Shown piece by piece: positions 38,673 through 50,900 of a stretch of 64,000 nt of DNA. The notes below the pieces were generated by a model, which saw only the letters and a program-made list of their open reading frames with translations, was not told the DNA's origin and ran no database searches. Every line of letters starts with the position of its first letter. Within the stretch, counting starts at the first letter, position 1. Where the stretch lies: the NCBI GenBank assembly GCA_004764695.1, contig SMSO01000032.1, positions 1,426,001 through 1,490,000 of the forward strand. The letters are read 5' to 3'. The translations under genes were made by a program, and so were the position numbers. This stretch comes from Schizochytrium sp. TIO01 (Eukaryota > Protista > Bigyra: Labyrinthulomycetes).

Positions 38673-41600
38673 CATCGTAGATTTAGCGAGTTCTAAGTGA
38701 GTGCATTCTCTCCTCTGGATGTGGTCCCGTTTTGATAACTGGCGAAGCTGCGCAGCACGTGCAATCAATAAAGCATAGGTCAAACAACTCTTCAAGCTCA
38801 AGCTGGCGACGATTGGGATTGACGACGATGGCGACGGCGATAGCGGCGGTGACGACGACGACGACGGCGACGCCCGTTTGTAATGCTGTGGACAGCGAGC
38901 GATCAGCCAGCTTGAGCCCGGGACTATATTGAGCAGTTGAGGATCTTTTGCAAGCCGTTGGGCTCTTCGAAGAAGGCGTCGCGCGGAGCGTGACAGACAG
39001 CAGGTGCCGGCCGATGCGAACGCGCGCTTGCATGCACGCTTTCTGCAGCCAGCTAGCTATGCGGTTCCTGGTAGAGTCAGCGTCGTGTGCTTCCGTGTGA
39101 AGGACCTGCAGGAGCTCTTGAACCTAGCTTCTACGAATTAGTTGTTGGAGAACCGCACCGAATCTGCTTGCTGGCAAGTGACCGCACGAACTCGGAATTT
39201 CATGATGGTCCATCCACACAATGTCGAAGGCAAAGGAAAGGCACACGCAAGCGCATCGTGGACTTGAATCCTCCTGCGCATTTGAAGAGTGCAAAGCCTG
39301 TATTGTATACAATTTAGAGCGAGCTCCGCAGCCAGCCACCCAGCCAGCCACCCAGCCAGCCTGGAACAAACGTAAGCGGGAAAAGGGCTCTGCATGCGAG
39401 CAAGCCTTCATCGTTGTGTGCAAACGCATTCAAATTGTGCTGAAGTTGATAACTTGAGCAAGTTTCTCTTTTTCAGTGAGTTAATAAAAACGCGATGAAC
39501 TTCAATTCAAGTTCAACGCGCGTGAAAATAAAGTGCTGCGCCGCCTTTGCTGTACAACCTCTTCTTCTTCTTTTTCTTTTAATCTAAAAGAAAAGAAGAA
39601 AAACAAGCACGTGAAAGAAACAGCGTTGTGTTGTTATCTTTTCCGACTACGCTGTGTGCGAAAGAGTCCGGGTCGCGGCAGCTCGGCAACTGCCGCAACG
39701 CAACGCATCACATCGCATCACATCGCATCACATCATATAACCAGGTACTCGGTGGGAGACAGCGGACGGGCTCGATTCGAGCTCTCTGGATCTAGCAAAG
39801 CTTGTTGAAGAGAACTTGCTCGTTCGTTGTGACTCTGGGAAACTCTGAACAAACGAAGCGGAAATGGGCTTCTATTTTAGCATGCATGCTCTATCAATCG
39901 ACCAATTATCACCAAGGGCGCACCAAGAGCAAATTCGGCAGTAGAGATGGTTTTCAAAAGCGCTGCCCACTCGTCAAAACCTCGAGAAGCTCGCCTAAAT
40001 ATATTGGTTCCTTGATGTATTGGTTGATAAGTTTCTTCATGTTTCATCAGCGTCTCATCAACACTATATTATGTTCTTACCTGTAAACTTCATTAAAACA
40101 AGGCTGGATGTAGTTTCTTCAAATTGATCCTGAGCCCGTGTTGCCAACTTGACACAACAACACAGGAGCCTTCAACTTGGATACCTAGCTATCTCCATCT
40201 TTGCTTGTGGACGTAGAAGCACCTAGTACGAACCGCTATGCCGGGGCCGTCCTGTCGTCGAGCTTCCTTCACTCGCTTGCTCGAGGGATTCCGCCGGCAA
40301 CTGGGCACGAAAACCGCCAATTCAGCGAGGAGGAATCCGTTTTATCATCGGTCGATTGGCAGTTTGCGGCACTGTGATCACCATGCTCTTGAGAGTCTAT
40401 TTCGATGATCTTGAGAACACGTCTCCGACTCTACTATACTTGAGGGCAAACAAGCCTCTGGAAAGCTTCCTTACTACCTAGCTGGAGCTAGCTTGGTAGG
40501 TACTCTCTCCAGGCAACTTAAAGTTGACTACTACTCACTAATTTTTAAGCACGTGCACAAATCTCATTTACATCCTATACTATGTCGTGTAATTAGTGGT
40601 ATTGCAAGCGAACTCAACCTTCGAGTTTGTCTGAACATGCAACGACTCTGTAGAAATCGAAATTAAATAATTCGACACCTGCCAGCGAAGATTGTGACTT
40701 ATAAATGAACCATGCATGCCCAGAAGCGCTTGCTCAATAACTTCATTCGAAATACCTTAGTCCCATTCAGTGTCTTCGTTAACAAGAAGCCTCAAGATCG
40801 TGTTGCTGCTGAGCGAGTGAAGGGGCGAGCTGGGGAGCTTATACTCACTTATCATGCCGCAGAGGCTTGCCAAAATCGTTGCGTGTGCCCAATGTCGGCT
40901 GAGCTGCACGCGCTGTCTTTCTGAGCTACGAGTGACTAATAGCAAGTAATTATATACGAAGAATTTGGACGAAAGAACTCATAACAGAAGCGATCTCATT
41001 TTGTTTGCTGCCGTGACAGCAAGTAGTTGTATCAGTCTGCATACAGATAGGCTGCACAGCCAACATATTTTGAGAACCTGTTTGTTCGGAGTATCTACTA
41101 ACTTCGCGGCCCACGGCCCACGTAAGCTCAGAGGATGGATGGAGTATTTCATCGGATGACCGTTATTAAGAAATTGATATTGTGCGAGCCCCATTCACTC
41201 GCATCTTCTTTTCCAGAGTAGCTTGAGAGAAAGAATCGAATGGCCTCTCTAGTGGTTGGTGGCTGCTATAACAAGAAGCTACACCTAGTAGTGCAACTCT
41301 GCCAGTGGTGGTGTTTTAGTTCTTCACAAAGATTGTCAATTGGGAGGAAAAGAGCGGCACGCGCTCCTTTATTCGACTACCCTCTTTTCCGTTTTCATCA
41401 TCGGTCCCGGGGTCCAAGATGAAAATAGACTCACTCGAAAAGCGACGAGCAATCTCGATTCTGACACGCAAACAGGTAATGCCGTGCTGCTCCTTCTGAG
41501 TGCTTAGCGGACCCTCAAAGAATCCCATGAAGATCCACAGGACAACTAACTCAACACAAACACAGGCAACACAAGCTAAATTCTGCTTTTTGGCCTTCCA

Positions 41601-43595
41601 TCGCTACAAAGTACAACGAAAGCACAGCTTCCAGCTAATGCTTGACAATAATAAGCTATCGTAGCACTTTTCTTTTCTTTTTTAATACCTTTTTCTCATT
41701 TCGATTAAATGAAAGAGACTTCCTTCCACCTATGCCTGTTCTTCGAGTTGTGTGTCACTGTCTCTGGGATTGGGCAGAGCTACGATGCACAAACTCAAAG
41801 TAGGCCTGAAAGCTAAAATAGTCGCAAGATCCAGCGTCATGTACGATTAATACAGGACCGGGATGTCCTCGTTCGCCGGCAGCTGCAGTGAGAAGTGAGC
41901 TGCATTCAGGTCCTTGCTTGCTTCGCCTCTTCCTACCATGCAGGCCTCGTACTAGTACGTATGTGTACCCCTCCCTGGCTACCTACTAGCGGGAACCAGC
42001 CTTGAGAATATCACAAGGCAAGTTGTGCAAGCTATTTTATTTATTTATTTATTTATTCATCTTGCCATTGGCCAGTGAGAATGTAATGAAACTTATGCAG
42101 GCCTTGATGATGGGGAGATTTGTGCACATGGAATCTTTTCGTTTATTCAGTATCAGCTTGAGGGGAAGTAGCTGAAGCCTGTCAGACAGAATGTGGCCTC
42201 GCAGGCCGATTCGGTTCTCAAGGTACTGATGCACTTCGAGAAACTGGCCACTCCTATCCCTTAAGATGTATTTTTCTCCTGAGCGTAATGATTCTAATTG
42301 ATTCAAGACTGTTCAATGAGTCTATCGCAAGATCTAGATAGGGGCTGATAAACTGCTCAGGTAAATATATGTATGTATACCTACTCGTGCTACAAATTAT
42401 CCTGTTGTGTTGAATGAATACTCTACAAATAACTTTGCCTCGCTGACTGTACCCCAAATTAGGGCCCTTGTCAAATTTTTAATTTTCTAAACTTCAGCTT
42501 ATAGCTCAACTTATAGCTCGCGAATTGACATTTTAAGGGGGGTACCTCGCATAGAGATATCAATCAAAATAGTATTGAAGCTATGCGGTATCTAGCCTTT
42601 CCAGTACATTGAATTCCAAGTCATTTACAATCTCACCAAACCGACTAGTCTATCAAACTGTATTAGAAACCATCTCTTTTGACATTATCCATCATCCATA
42701 ACTTAAAGTCCTCTCCCCCCTTCTTCATAGACCTCCAAACGACACCACACCTACACCAAAGATGCGCTGTACGTTCCTGTCCGCCCATCAAAAATGAGAT
42801 TGCAATCTGCGAGTCTCTCAGATGGTCAGGGGTCAATCGATTTTTCCATTCATACGAAACATAAATTCTCAAACAAGCAAGTCTACTCCATGGCAGCACA
42901 CTCTCTGGACCTCTATGCTGCGCATGATCATTCTCTCGAAGGCATGAGTGGACCATTTCAACTTTGAAGTCCAGTCCCCTGACTTACTGTTAATCTATCA
43001 GATCAGCTCGCCTATACATTCATACATACATTCATACATTCATACATTCATTCATTCATTCATTCATACGTGCATGAGTGCGTACCTACTAGTACTATCA
43101 ATTAGTGGATCCATAGGAGCCGAAATATCATGGCTTCGCTGAGTTCGAGGATGATGAAGAAAGGAGAGCAGCGGCAGGTTCACTACATAGCACAACGCCT
43201 CGCAGCTCACGCAGCCTTCAGGCGTACGGCAACGTGCAAAAGTCTGTGTTTGGTCGCGAGAAGGACTCGCAGACCACACCAAGGCCCGCATAGACGACAA
43301 CAGGGAAGCTCACGCAAAAGCGGCCTCAAGATCGCTGGCATTGGCGTCAAAAGCAGGCAGCGCGACGCAGAGCGGCTTAGAGAAAGAGGAGCCTTGGAAA
43401 CGGGCAAGAACTGTCTCGGGCAGCGTGATATACTAGGTCCAGGATTTTTCACTAGTTGCTGTCGAAGATTAACTCTACAATCACGGATTTGAGCTGCGGA
43501 AGTCGAACGGGGGATATCAAATTCTGCTATATATTCATTGAAGTTGCGAAATAACTTGTCTTGTTGTTGCAGGGAAAGTTTCGCAAATTTAGATC

Positions 43596-44690
43596 ATGAG
43601 AACGTCAAGAAGCTCGCCGCAGCTCAATGCTGGGGCGGATGGTAATAGCTCTGTGAAGGAGTCCACGATTACAACGTGCAAAGAGGCTGTAGTACTCAGC
43701 GGGTATCCGGCGATTGAGGCTGGCTCACCATGCGGATATCTATTCAAAAACTTCACGATGCTGCATAAGTACGAGATATTTTATTATGTTCTTGACACGA
43801 AGCGCAGTCGTCTATATGAGTTTCGAGATGACCCGGAGATTGGACTCGAGCCGCGCACCATAATTCCACTGCACGCCGCAAGACTCGAAGATGAGCTGGT
43901 GGGCTACAACTCCAGTGCAGGGCAACTCTTTTGTTGGAAAATTTTTTACAAGACAGACGACGGACGATCCAAGATCCTTAACCTCGGAGCCTCAAGCATT
44001 AAATGTGCAGAATCTTGGATCGACGCTCTTCGTCCAGTTACTGGCACAGGGGCTGTTGGTGTTCCTGTTCGGGGCTCCTTGAATGAGACTTCGGCGGACT
44101 TAAGTGATGACATTGACCCAACTGGTGGGCCTTCTGATACAAGATCTATGGGACTTCACATGGAGAGCGTAAGTGACGGAGGTTTACGAGAACCTTCGTC
44201 TGCCGGATCGCATTTGGGAGGATCCTCATTTGGAGGTCCGCTATCTCCAGCACGAGGCCGAAATTGGAAACAGCCTATCATTGTATGTGGCGAAACCTTT
44301 CGTATCCAGTGCTCGGACCTTTCTACCAATGCTTGGCTTCTTAGTGAGGCAATTCGAATGTACATGCGCAACAACGAGGATTTAGGAAACCCTCCTGATC
44401 TGTCTGCGCTGTACAATGTCACACAAGACCGCGCTCTAGACCTCAGTGAAGATGTAGGGAAATCTATCACACCTGGGGACATTGTCGAGGCTCTTGCTTC
44501 CGATGCAGACCTCATCAAACGTAGTTCATCTAGTGCTTCTCGCACTCGCCCTCCTCGCATTCAGGCAACGTCTAACGCGGCAAGTGTTGCGGGTGGTGGC
44601 CTCCAGCCAGAGTGCATCCGCTTCAAGTGCGAGCCGTCGTCGCAGAAACAGTGCGTCATCTCCTTCATCTGGGGCCCTTGCCTCGCCTAA
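43596..44690 (+). CDS. PH domain + Par3/HAL-N-terminal-like (ubiquitin-like) domain; probably the 5' part of one PH-UBL-START gene
   Basis: PH-like: CGYLFKN...YYVLDTKRSRLYEFRDD...IIPLHAARLE...LGASSIKCAESWIDALR. Second domain IVCGETFRIQCSDLSTNAWLLSEAIRMY...LDLSEDV. In-frame TAG at 43590 confirms the ATG. A polypyrimidine-CAG at 43572 suggests a 5' UTR intron. Confidence 0.8.
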   Translation: MRTSRSSPQLNAGADGNSSVKESTITTCKEAVVLSGYPAIEAGSPCGYLFKNFTMLHKYEIFYYVLDTKRSRLYEFRDDPEIGLEPRTIIPLHAARLEDELVGYNSSAGQLFCWKIFYKTDDGRSKILNLGASSIKCAESWIDALRPVTGTGAVGVPVRGSLNETSADLSDDIDPTGGPSDTRSMGLHMESVSDGGLREPSSAGSHLGGSSFGGPLSPARGRNWKQPIIVCGETFRIQCSDLSTNAWLLSEAIRMYMRNNEDLGNPPDLSALYNVTQDRALDLSEDVGKSITPGDIVEALASDADLIKRSSSSASRTRPPRIQATSNAASVAGGGLQPECIRFKCEPSSQKQCVISFIWGPCLA

Positions 44691-45621
44691 AAGTAGCGCT
44701 GATAAAACAAGGGGAAGTGTTGCAGATGGTAGGGCGAACTCAGTACCCACAAGTTCAAAATCAAAGGCACCAGATGGAAACAGCGCTATTCCCAAACCTT
44801 TGCCTGTCAGTGTAGCAACTACACGCAATGGAAACAGCTCGGCTTTGCAATCGGCAAAAAAAAATCCTGCCTCATCGTCCATGAACAACAGTATTGGTCC
44901 CAAGGGAGCCGCGGACCATATTCACCATCAACGCATGGGACATGCTCTATCATGGAAACTCAACCCAGCCCACATCGAATCACAATTATCTCACTCCAAG
45001 GGTTTCTGGGATGACCGTACGGAGCAAAAGAACAAAATTCTTGAGCAACTTGATCATTTGTGTGTTGCCATGGACAGTAAGGTACCCTTTTGGGCTGGGC
45101 CCTCCTGGACTCCTGAGAGTGCTGAAAATGGCGTTCGCGTGTTTGCTCATGGCGAAAGTACTCTAGGTGTTCTGGTGATTCCATCGAACCCCACGGCTGT
45201 GCTTGAGCGCATGCTTGATGCTCGGACCCAGCATGAGTGGGACCCTATCGTCCGTAGAGTTCGGTACCTCGAGGCTGCACGGGGTTCAGATGTTATTCAC
45301 ATTCAGACATCATTGACAGGGCCTCTTGGACCTCGTGCCTTTTGCATCTCCCGTTTCTGGATGAAATTAGGAGATGGAAGCTATGTTGGAACTTTTACCC
45401 CTAGCGCACATCCGTCCTGCCCTCCCAGTAGTGGCTATACTCTGGGCGATATGCGTTGTGCCTTTTACCTTCGCAGTAATGGAAGGTTTGAGAGCTTGTT
45501 GACCATTCATTGTGAACTTGACATTAAAACTCCGTTTCTATCCTCCTGGTTCAACCGTCGCGCACAAACTACAATGCTCGCTAGCCTTGCTGGATTGCGT
45601 GAAGCTTCGGCACTAGTGTAA
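44458..45621 (+). CDS. START lipid-binding domain segment in the +1 frame, overlapping the PH ORF
   Basis: START-like: WTPESAENGVRVF, RTQHEWDPIV, PLGPRAFCISRFW, DGSYV...SAHPSCPPSSGYTLGDM, C-terminal helix. The frame is open from 44458; first ATG at 44503. Confidence 0.82.
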   Translation, partial: GNLSHLGTLSRLLLPMQTSSNVVHLVLLALALLAFRQRLTRQVLRVVASSQSASASSASRRRRNSASSPSSGALASPKSSADKTRGSVADGRANSVPTSSKSKAPDGNSAIPKPLPVSVATTRNGNSSALQSAKKNPASSSMNNSIGPKGAADHIHHQRMGHALSWKLNPAHIESQLSHSKGFWDDRTEQKNKILEQLDHLCVAMDSKVPFWAGPSWTPESAENGVRVFAHGESTLGVLVIPSNPTAVLERMLDARTQHEWDPIVRRVRYLEAARGSDVIHIQTSLTGPLGPRAFCISRFWMKLGDGSYVGTFTPSAHPSCPPSSGYTLGDMRCAFYLRSNGRFESLLTIHCELDIKTPFLSSWFNRRAQTTMLASLAGLREASALV

Positions 45622-46376
45622 CAATTAACTAGCCATATTAGATGCCCTTCCTTTTATGATGCTGCGATTATGTTGTTCCTCTTTTCATGGGAGAAATTAT
45701 AACTAGGTAGTTCTGACTTAAATTGAGCCCTTCAATTCAAGACTCAGAATCGAATATTCGTTCGAAGTAATATTAAACATATGGATTTACATGGTCTATA
45801 TATATTTTTATCAAAGTTAGCGGCATTTTGTCTCAGGAATGATTAAATCAACAACGATCAATGAACACCGAAATCATGTTGTGCGTGTTCTTATGGGCTG
45901 CAAGCCCAGTCTATGACAGACAGACATGGTCATTGCCTTGAGCCGTTGTTTAGATATATTACACTCTTACGAGCTAGGTGCTATCTGGAACATATATACC
46001 TAGTGTTATATATAAGGCTGAAGGGTAGTGGTACACACCTACGAGGAAAATGTTCTCTTGAGAACGTGAGTGTTGCGCTGCCTCAAAACTTCAATATTTT
46101 AGTCATTGCGTACGTATCGACATCGACAGATAGTTTTCTGCATACGCTCGTGGTTCGATTGTGAACAGCTTGGCTCTGAGATACTGGTTGTAAGCTTGTT
46201 CGGTGCAGTAATAATAATAATAATACTATATATATCAGCTACCTGGCTCTCTTCTTGCAGCCAGTTCTACTTCGAGCACGAAACTTTAATAGTACTGTCA
46301 ACCAGCGCACCCTCGAAGCAAAGCTATACTCCAGTGAGATCATTGAAAGTAAGCGTGCCTATTCTGTTTAGCTACA

Positions 46377-47238
46377 ATGGAGTCTACTTCTCGAGATGAC
46401 CCGGAAACACACGCCGGGGATTCGCAGTATAATCCTCTCACAGGGATGAGTGAAAGTCTGGATGCAGACGCTTTGGCTCGTATACTTGGACCTCCAGTAG
46501 CGCTGGATACAGGTATTGCCGCGCCGTACCTTGATGTCTTCAATATTTGTACCTTGAAAGAGCGAAATGGAAAATGTAAGTTTAACAGAGCACATCCTAG
46601 CTTCTTGTTATTTTGACATATTGTTTTGTTCATTTTTGAAATATGTAATGAAATTCTGACTTGCGCTTCATGCATCGGTTAATAACCCTTTTACAGCTTA
46701 TGATACTTCAGAATACACAAAACTTTTGATTGAGCCGGTGGCAATCCCTTCCTTAGAGCATACTGGTGTGCATACGATTGTAGATGACCAGGGAGTGCGT
46801 GATAGTCAGCAAACGCTTGAAATGGAATCAAAAAGAGCTTTGTTTTACGCAAATGGGCACAAGAAAAAGAATTTCAGGTCCGAGATTCGAAAAGCGTTTC
46901 GCAAAGCAGAAACAGGACGGGCAACCTTAGATCCTATTATAAAGGGAAATGGTCTGCACCCCCATCGAAAGGCAACCATTAATGATAATGATCCTCGTCG
47001 AGTACAAGCAATGTGCGATGAATATTTGCGGCGAGAACGAGACTCTATCTATTGTCAGGTTCCCCCCAAAGAAAAGCTTAATATTGCAAGTTATGCAGAG
47101 TCGAAACGATTTCCAAAACGCGAAGACACAGTAGTTCCTCATCCTGCACCTCGAGAATCTGATCGCACTGTGAAGAAACTCTTGAACAGTATCCGCCGTG
47201 AAAATCAGCGTATGGACGCACTAGCTCTTATCAAGTGA
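46377..47238 (+). CDS. Hypothetical protein, 246 aa, two exons (46377-46575 and 46697-47238)
   Basis: GTAAGT donor at 46576 and ttttacAG acceptor at 46696 join the track's 79-aa and 170-aa ORFs in frame (199+542 = 741 nt). No domain recognised. Confidence 0.7.
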
Positions 47239-47927
47239 ATTATTCTAATGTATCTTTAGCCGTCAACCTGGAAGTATTAAAAGAACCAAACTTGCACGTG
47301 CGACAGCAATAAAATTCCAGTGGTCGATATATCTATATACATAACAAATATAAGACCGGTATTTGGAGCTCGCAGCTTTTCTTGTTTGAGGAGGGAAACT
47401 CATCAAGCAAAGCCGAAGTAAACGCATCTTCTCCTTCTGGGTAATCTAAAACGACAAGCTACGGGCAAAGCAATTCTTATATGGAAAAGCAGAGCATAAT
47501 TATGAGCTAAAGTCAATGTATGTTAGCTTCCTAAACATCGAAGACAACGAGGAATCATCAAAACACAAGCCTGAAAAGTAGGTTTTGAAGATAAAGATCG
47601 TGGAAAGTAAATTGAAATGATAAGAGTCGGATTGAAGAAATAGAAGAGCTTTTTGTGTTATTACCAGATATTTCTTGTGATGTTTGCTTGTAAGTAAATT
47701 GTAAAAGTTTTTGGTTGAGTAGGCCAGACTGGGCGCTCAGGGCGCATACATTTGAGGTTATATCCAGCTGAGCATTAAGGTTGGTGATTTGGAGTTTAGT
47801 TGCAAAAGGATGAATTCAAGTGTGAGAAGATAAGAAGATAAGAGAGATCTCACACTTACATCATCACCGTCGCTCACATTAAATCGCTGCAGAAATTTGC
47901 AGGACTAGACGTCGACAGAGTGCCTAT

Positions 47928-50900
47928 CTAGAGATCGGCCATCTCGTCCTTCTCCTGCTGAGTAAGCATACCCGGGATAGCAGCACGCTGGCGGCGCAAC
48001 TCCTCATCCCTGCGACGCTGTTCCTCCTCCTTCTCCTGGCGGTAAAGCTGGTTGACTACGTCATCAGCAGAGAACTCCTTGAGGCGGATGAGAAAGTCAC
48101 GTACATGGGTCTTAAAAGTGGTGAGATCCTTGTTGGGATCAAAGAGTCCAATAACAAATTCCTCCACATGCTTGCTAGCGACATTGGGGAATGCGGCAGC
48201 AATCATCTGACACACATGCTGCTTGAGAAAGGTCTGATTATCATTGGCACCCTGGCCAAGCGGGACACGCACGCGACCAGTCTGTACCACACTGAACATG
48301 TGCTTGAGGATGTGACAGTGCATCGAAAATCCTGAGACATGCAGACGGTCAGTAAGAACAGCAAGAATATCCTGGAGGATTGCCAAGAAGTAATGTTGGT
48401 AAAAGTTCTGGGCAAACTGATCCGGTGCGGAAGCCACGTTCTCCATCATGCGTTCACAGATCTCAAGACCGGTCTCGGAGATGTTGCGCTCAGTGTGCTT
48501 AAAGGCCCATACTACCGCATCCACAATGTTCTTCTGCGTGGCCTCGTCGCGATCAAAGAGTCGCTGAAAGCAATACAAGTTGAGAGCCTTGAGGAGCTTG
48601 TAAAAAGCAATACGGTGCTCAGGAAAGTCAGTATAGTTCTTGGTGATCATTTCGAGCGTGGGAATGAATATGGGGCCAAGAACCTGGTCGACCATCTTGC
48701 CATCCATAGCAGCTGCTGCATCGCCCTTGAGCTTGTTTACGATGACTACAAAGAGCTGCAAAACCTCGGGATTTCTAGCCTGAGGCACACTTTGGGAGAA
48801 GTCGCCAAGAACAGGCTCGATGAGAGGCGGCACAAAGTTATTGGCGATATCAGCATTGTTTTCTGCGCGAGACACAAAGGTCTCAATGAGTCGAATGGTC
48901 TCCGTCTTAACCACGCGCATTACCTTAATATTCTGATGCTGGATGGCAATCTCGCCAGCAGACACTACACCCTCAGAGATCTTACTGCTGTAAAACTTGT
49001 ACACGTGAAGCATATCAAGGTAGAGGCCCATCATGTGCGGGCGAAAGGTATAGCCCATGGCTGAACAGACACGGACGTTGGTACGGAGAATATCTGCAAG
49101 CTCACGAACAGTCTCCACATTGGTGAGAGCCTGGTTGTTCTGAGATCCAAGATGCATAATCTTCTTCCACTGCTCGGTAGAAGGCTGCATCAAGCGTTCC
49201 AAGAGCTGGTTACGGATATCCTCCTTGTTCTGTTCACGAACCATGTATCCGACAGCCTCGTAGAAGGTCTGGCGCTGGTGACGTTCGAGATCACGGGTAA
49301 TCTGTTGGATCTCCTCAAGGAGCTCATCAATGAAGGGCATTTTCTCTGAGTTTTGCAACACAACGAACTGGTCACGGCACTTTTGAGATATTTTAAGGAA
49401 GGTGTCGCAAGCCATATCTTGCACACCAGGGTGCAACTCATGCATAAACTCAAAGAGCTTTCTAACCACCGTCTTGAGGAACTTCCAATGTGCCCGCAGA
49501 AACCGAGGATACTGACCCACTACATACATAATGTTGCTGGCAACCACAGCCTTGTTGTCCTTGCCACGCTTCATTTCGCAAAGCATGAGAAGATCCTTGA
49601 TGACAATTACCAAGAAGCGCTTCTCATCCTCTTCATTCATAGCGCCAGAGATAGAGCCAATAGCCCAACACAAGGTGTTAAGGTTCTTCCAGCTGAATTC
49701 ATTCAATTGCTGATTGCACTGAAGACCGAGCTTACTCAACATGATGTTCTCTGTGTCTTCGTAGTCCAAGTGAGTGAGGTAGACCAAGGTGTCACGCATG
49801 GTCTTGTACTGAGCGATGGCATCTGTGTCCTTTGTTGTCTCACGTTCAATCGTACCATCATCACCTTCAACGATGAGAACCTCTTCGGGCTTGGCCATGC
49901 GCGAGATCATCACTGAACGCACGCGCGTGAGCACAGTCGCATACAGGCTCTTGCGCGATGAAGGAGCAGAGTTAAGGAACATACCGTTGCTGCCGCCCTT
50001 TGGCCTTTCCGAGTCGTAAAGGTCCTTGGCGAACTTGTTCCACACCTCGAGACAGATCTTGAAGATCTCTTTCTCGTCAACCATCGAGATGCTAACGAGA
50101 TAGAACATGGCTGTGACGGTGTGCTGATGGTTGTCGGGGCGCTCACAAATATCTAGGTGGTTGAGGAAGAAGCTCGAGAAGAAGAGACTGAGACCACGAA
50201 TGAAGATGCATTCACGCTCACTAGCAGTCTCATACTCGCGGGGGATATCCGTGTTGGGCGGGAGCTGACGCTGGAGCATCTGCATAACGCCAACAAACAT
50301 GTTGTTGAAAACAGGATCGTAGTTGTTTTCGCGAACACTGGCAATCTCAGTGAGACAGGCAAGCGTGTCGTTGCGGAACTGCGTGTTCGGCAAGAACTTG
50401 GTCATGAGTTGCTCGACAAGTGGTGTTTCGAAAATGTAGCCAAGGGGAATCCATGCCAAGAATCGCAAGAGCGTCTGGAGAGTAACAATAACCAAAGATG
50501 GCCGGGTCGACTCGGAAAGTACGAGCTGGCAGAGTTCGAAGATCTGGCGAAACTCAGAGTTGAGCTGGTTCTTCATCTTCTGCACCTTGTCTGTGGTCAT
50601 TTCTTCTTTGCTGAAATCGAAGACCTCCTCACTGAGCAGCTTGAGAATGTTCATGTTGTTTTCGCAAAGAACCTCGCTGGTCTTACTGGAACCAACAATT
50701 TCGGGAATGAAGTTTGGCCAGTTGTGCGGCCACTCCTGCTTGAGAATGTGCACAAGGATAAGATTGAGCTTGTTCACAAAGAGCTTGAGGCTCCTGTCAG
50801 TGGAGTACCCATCGGTGGATGTCATGTCAATAATCATCTTGACCACGTAGTTTCGGATGCCCTCACGCTGCTCAGCAGGAAGTGCCATCCAGCGGTACTG

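Noticed and set aside
44295-44303. ACC TTT CGT, resembling the UCC-UUU-CGU +1 frameshift motif
   Set aside because: The +1 frame stops at 44383-44385, 44437 and 44455, so a shift here cannot reach the START domain; the site also lies inside the UBL-like domain.
44521-44564. 44-nt GT...CAG intron as the fix for the PH/START frame break
   Set aside because: Its length is 3n+2, but 3n+1 is required.
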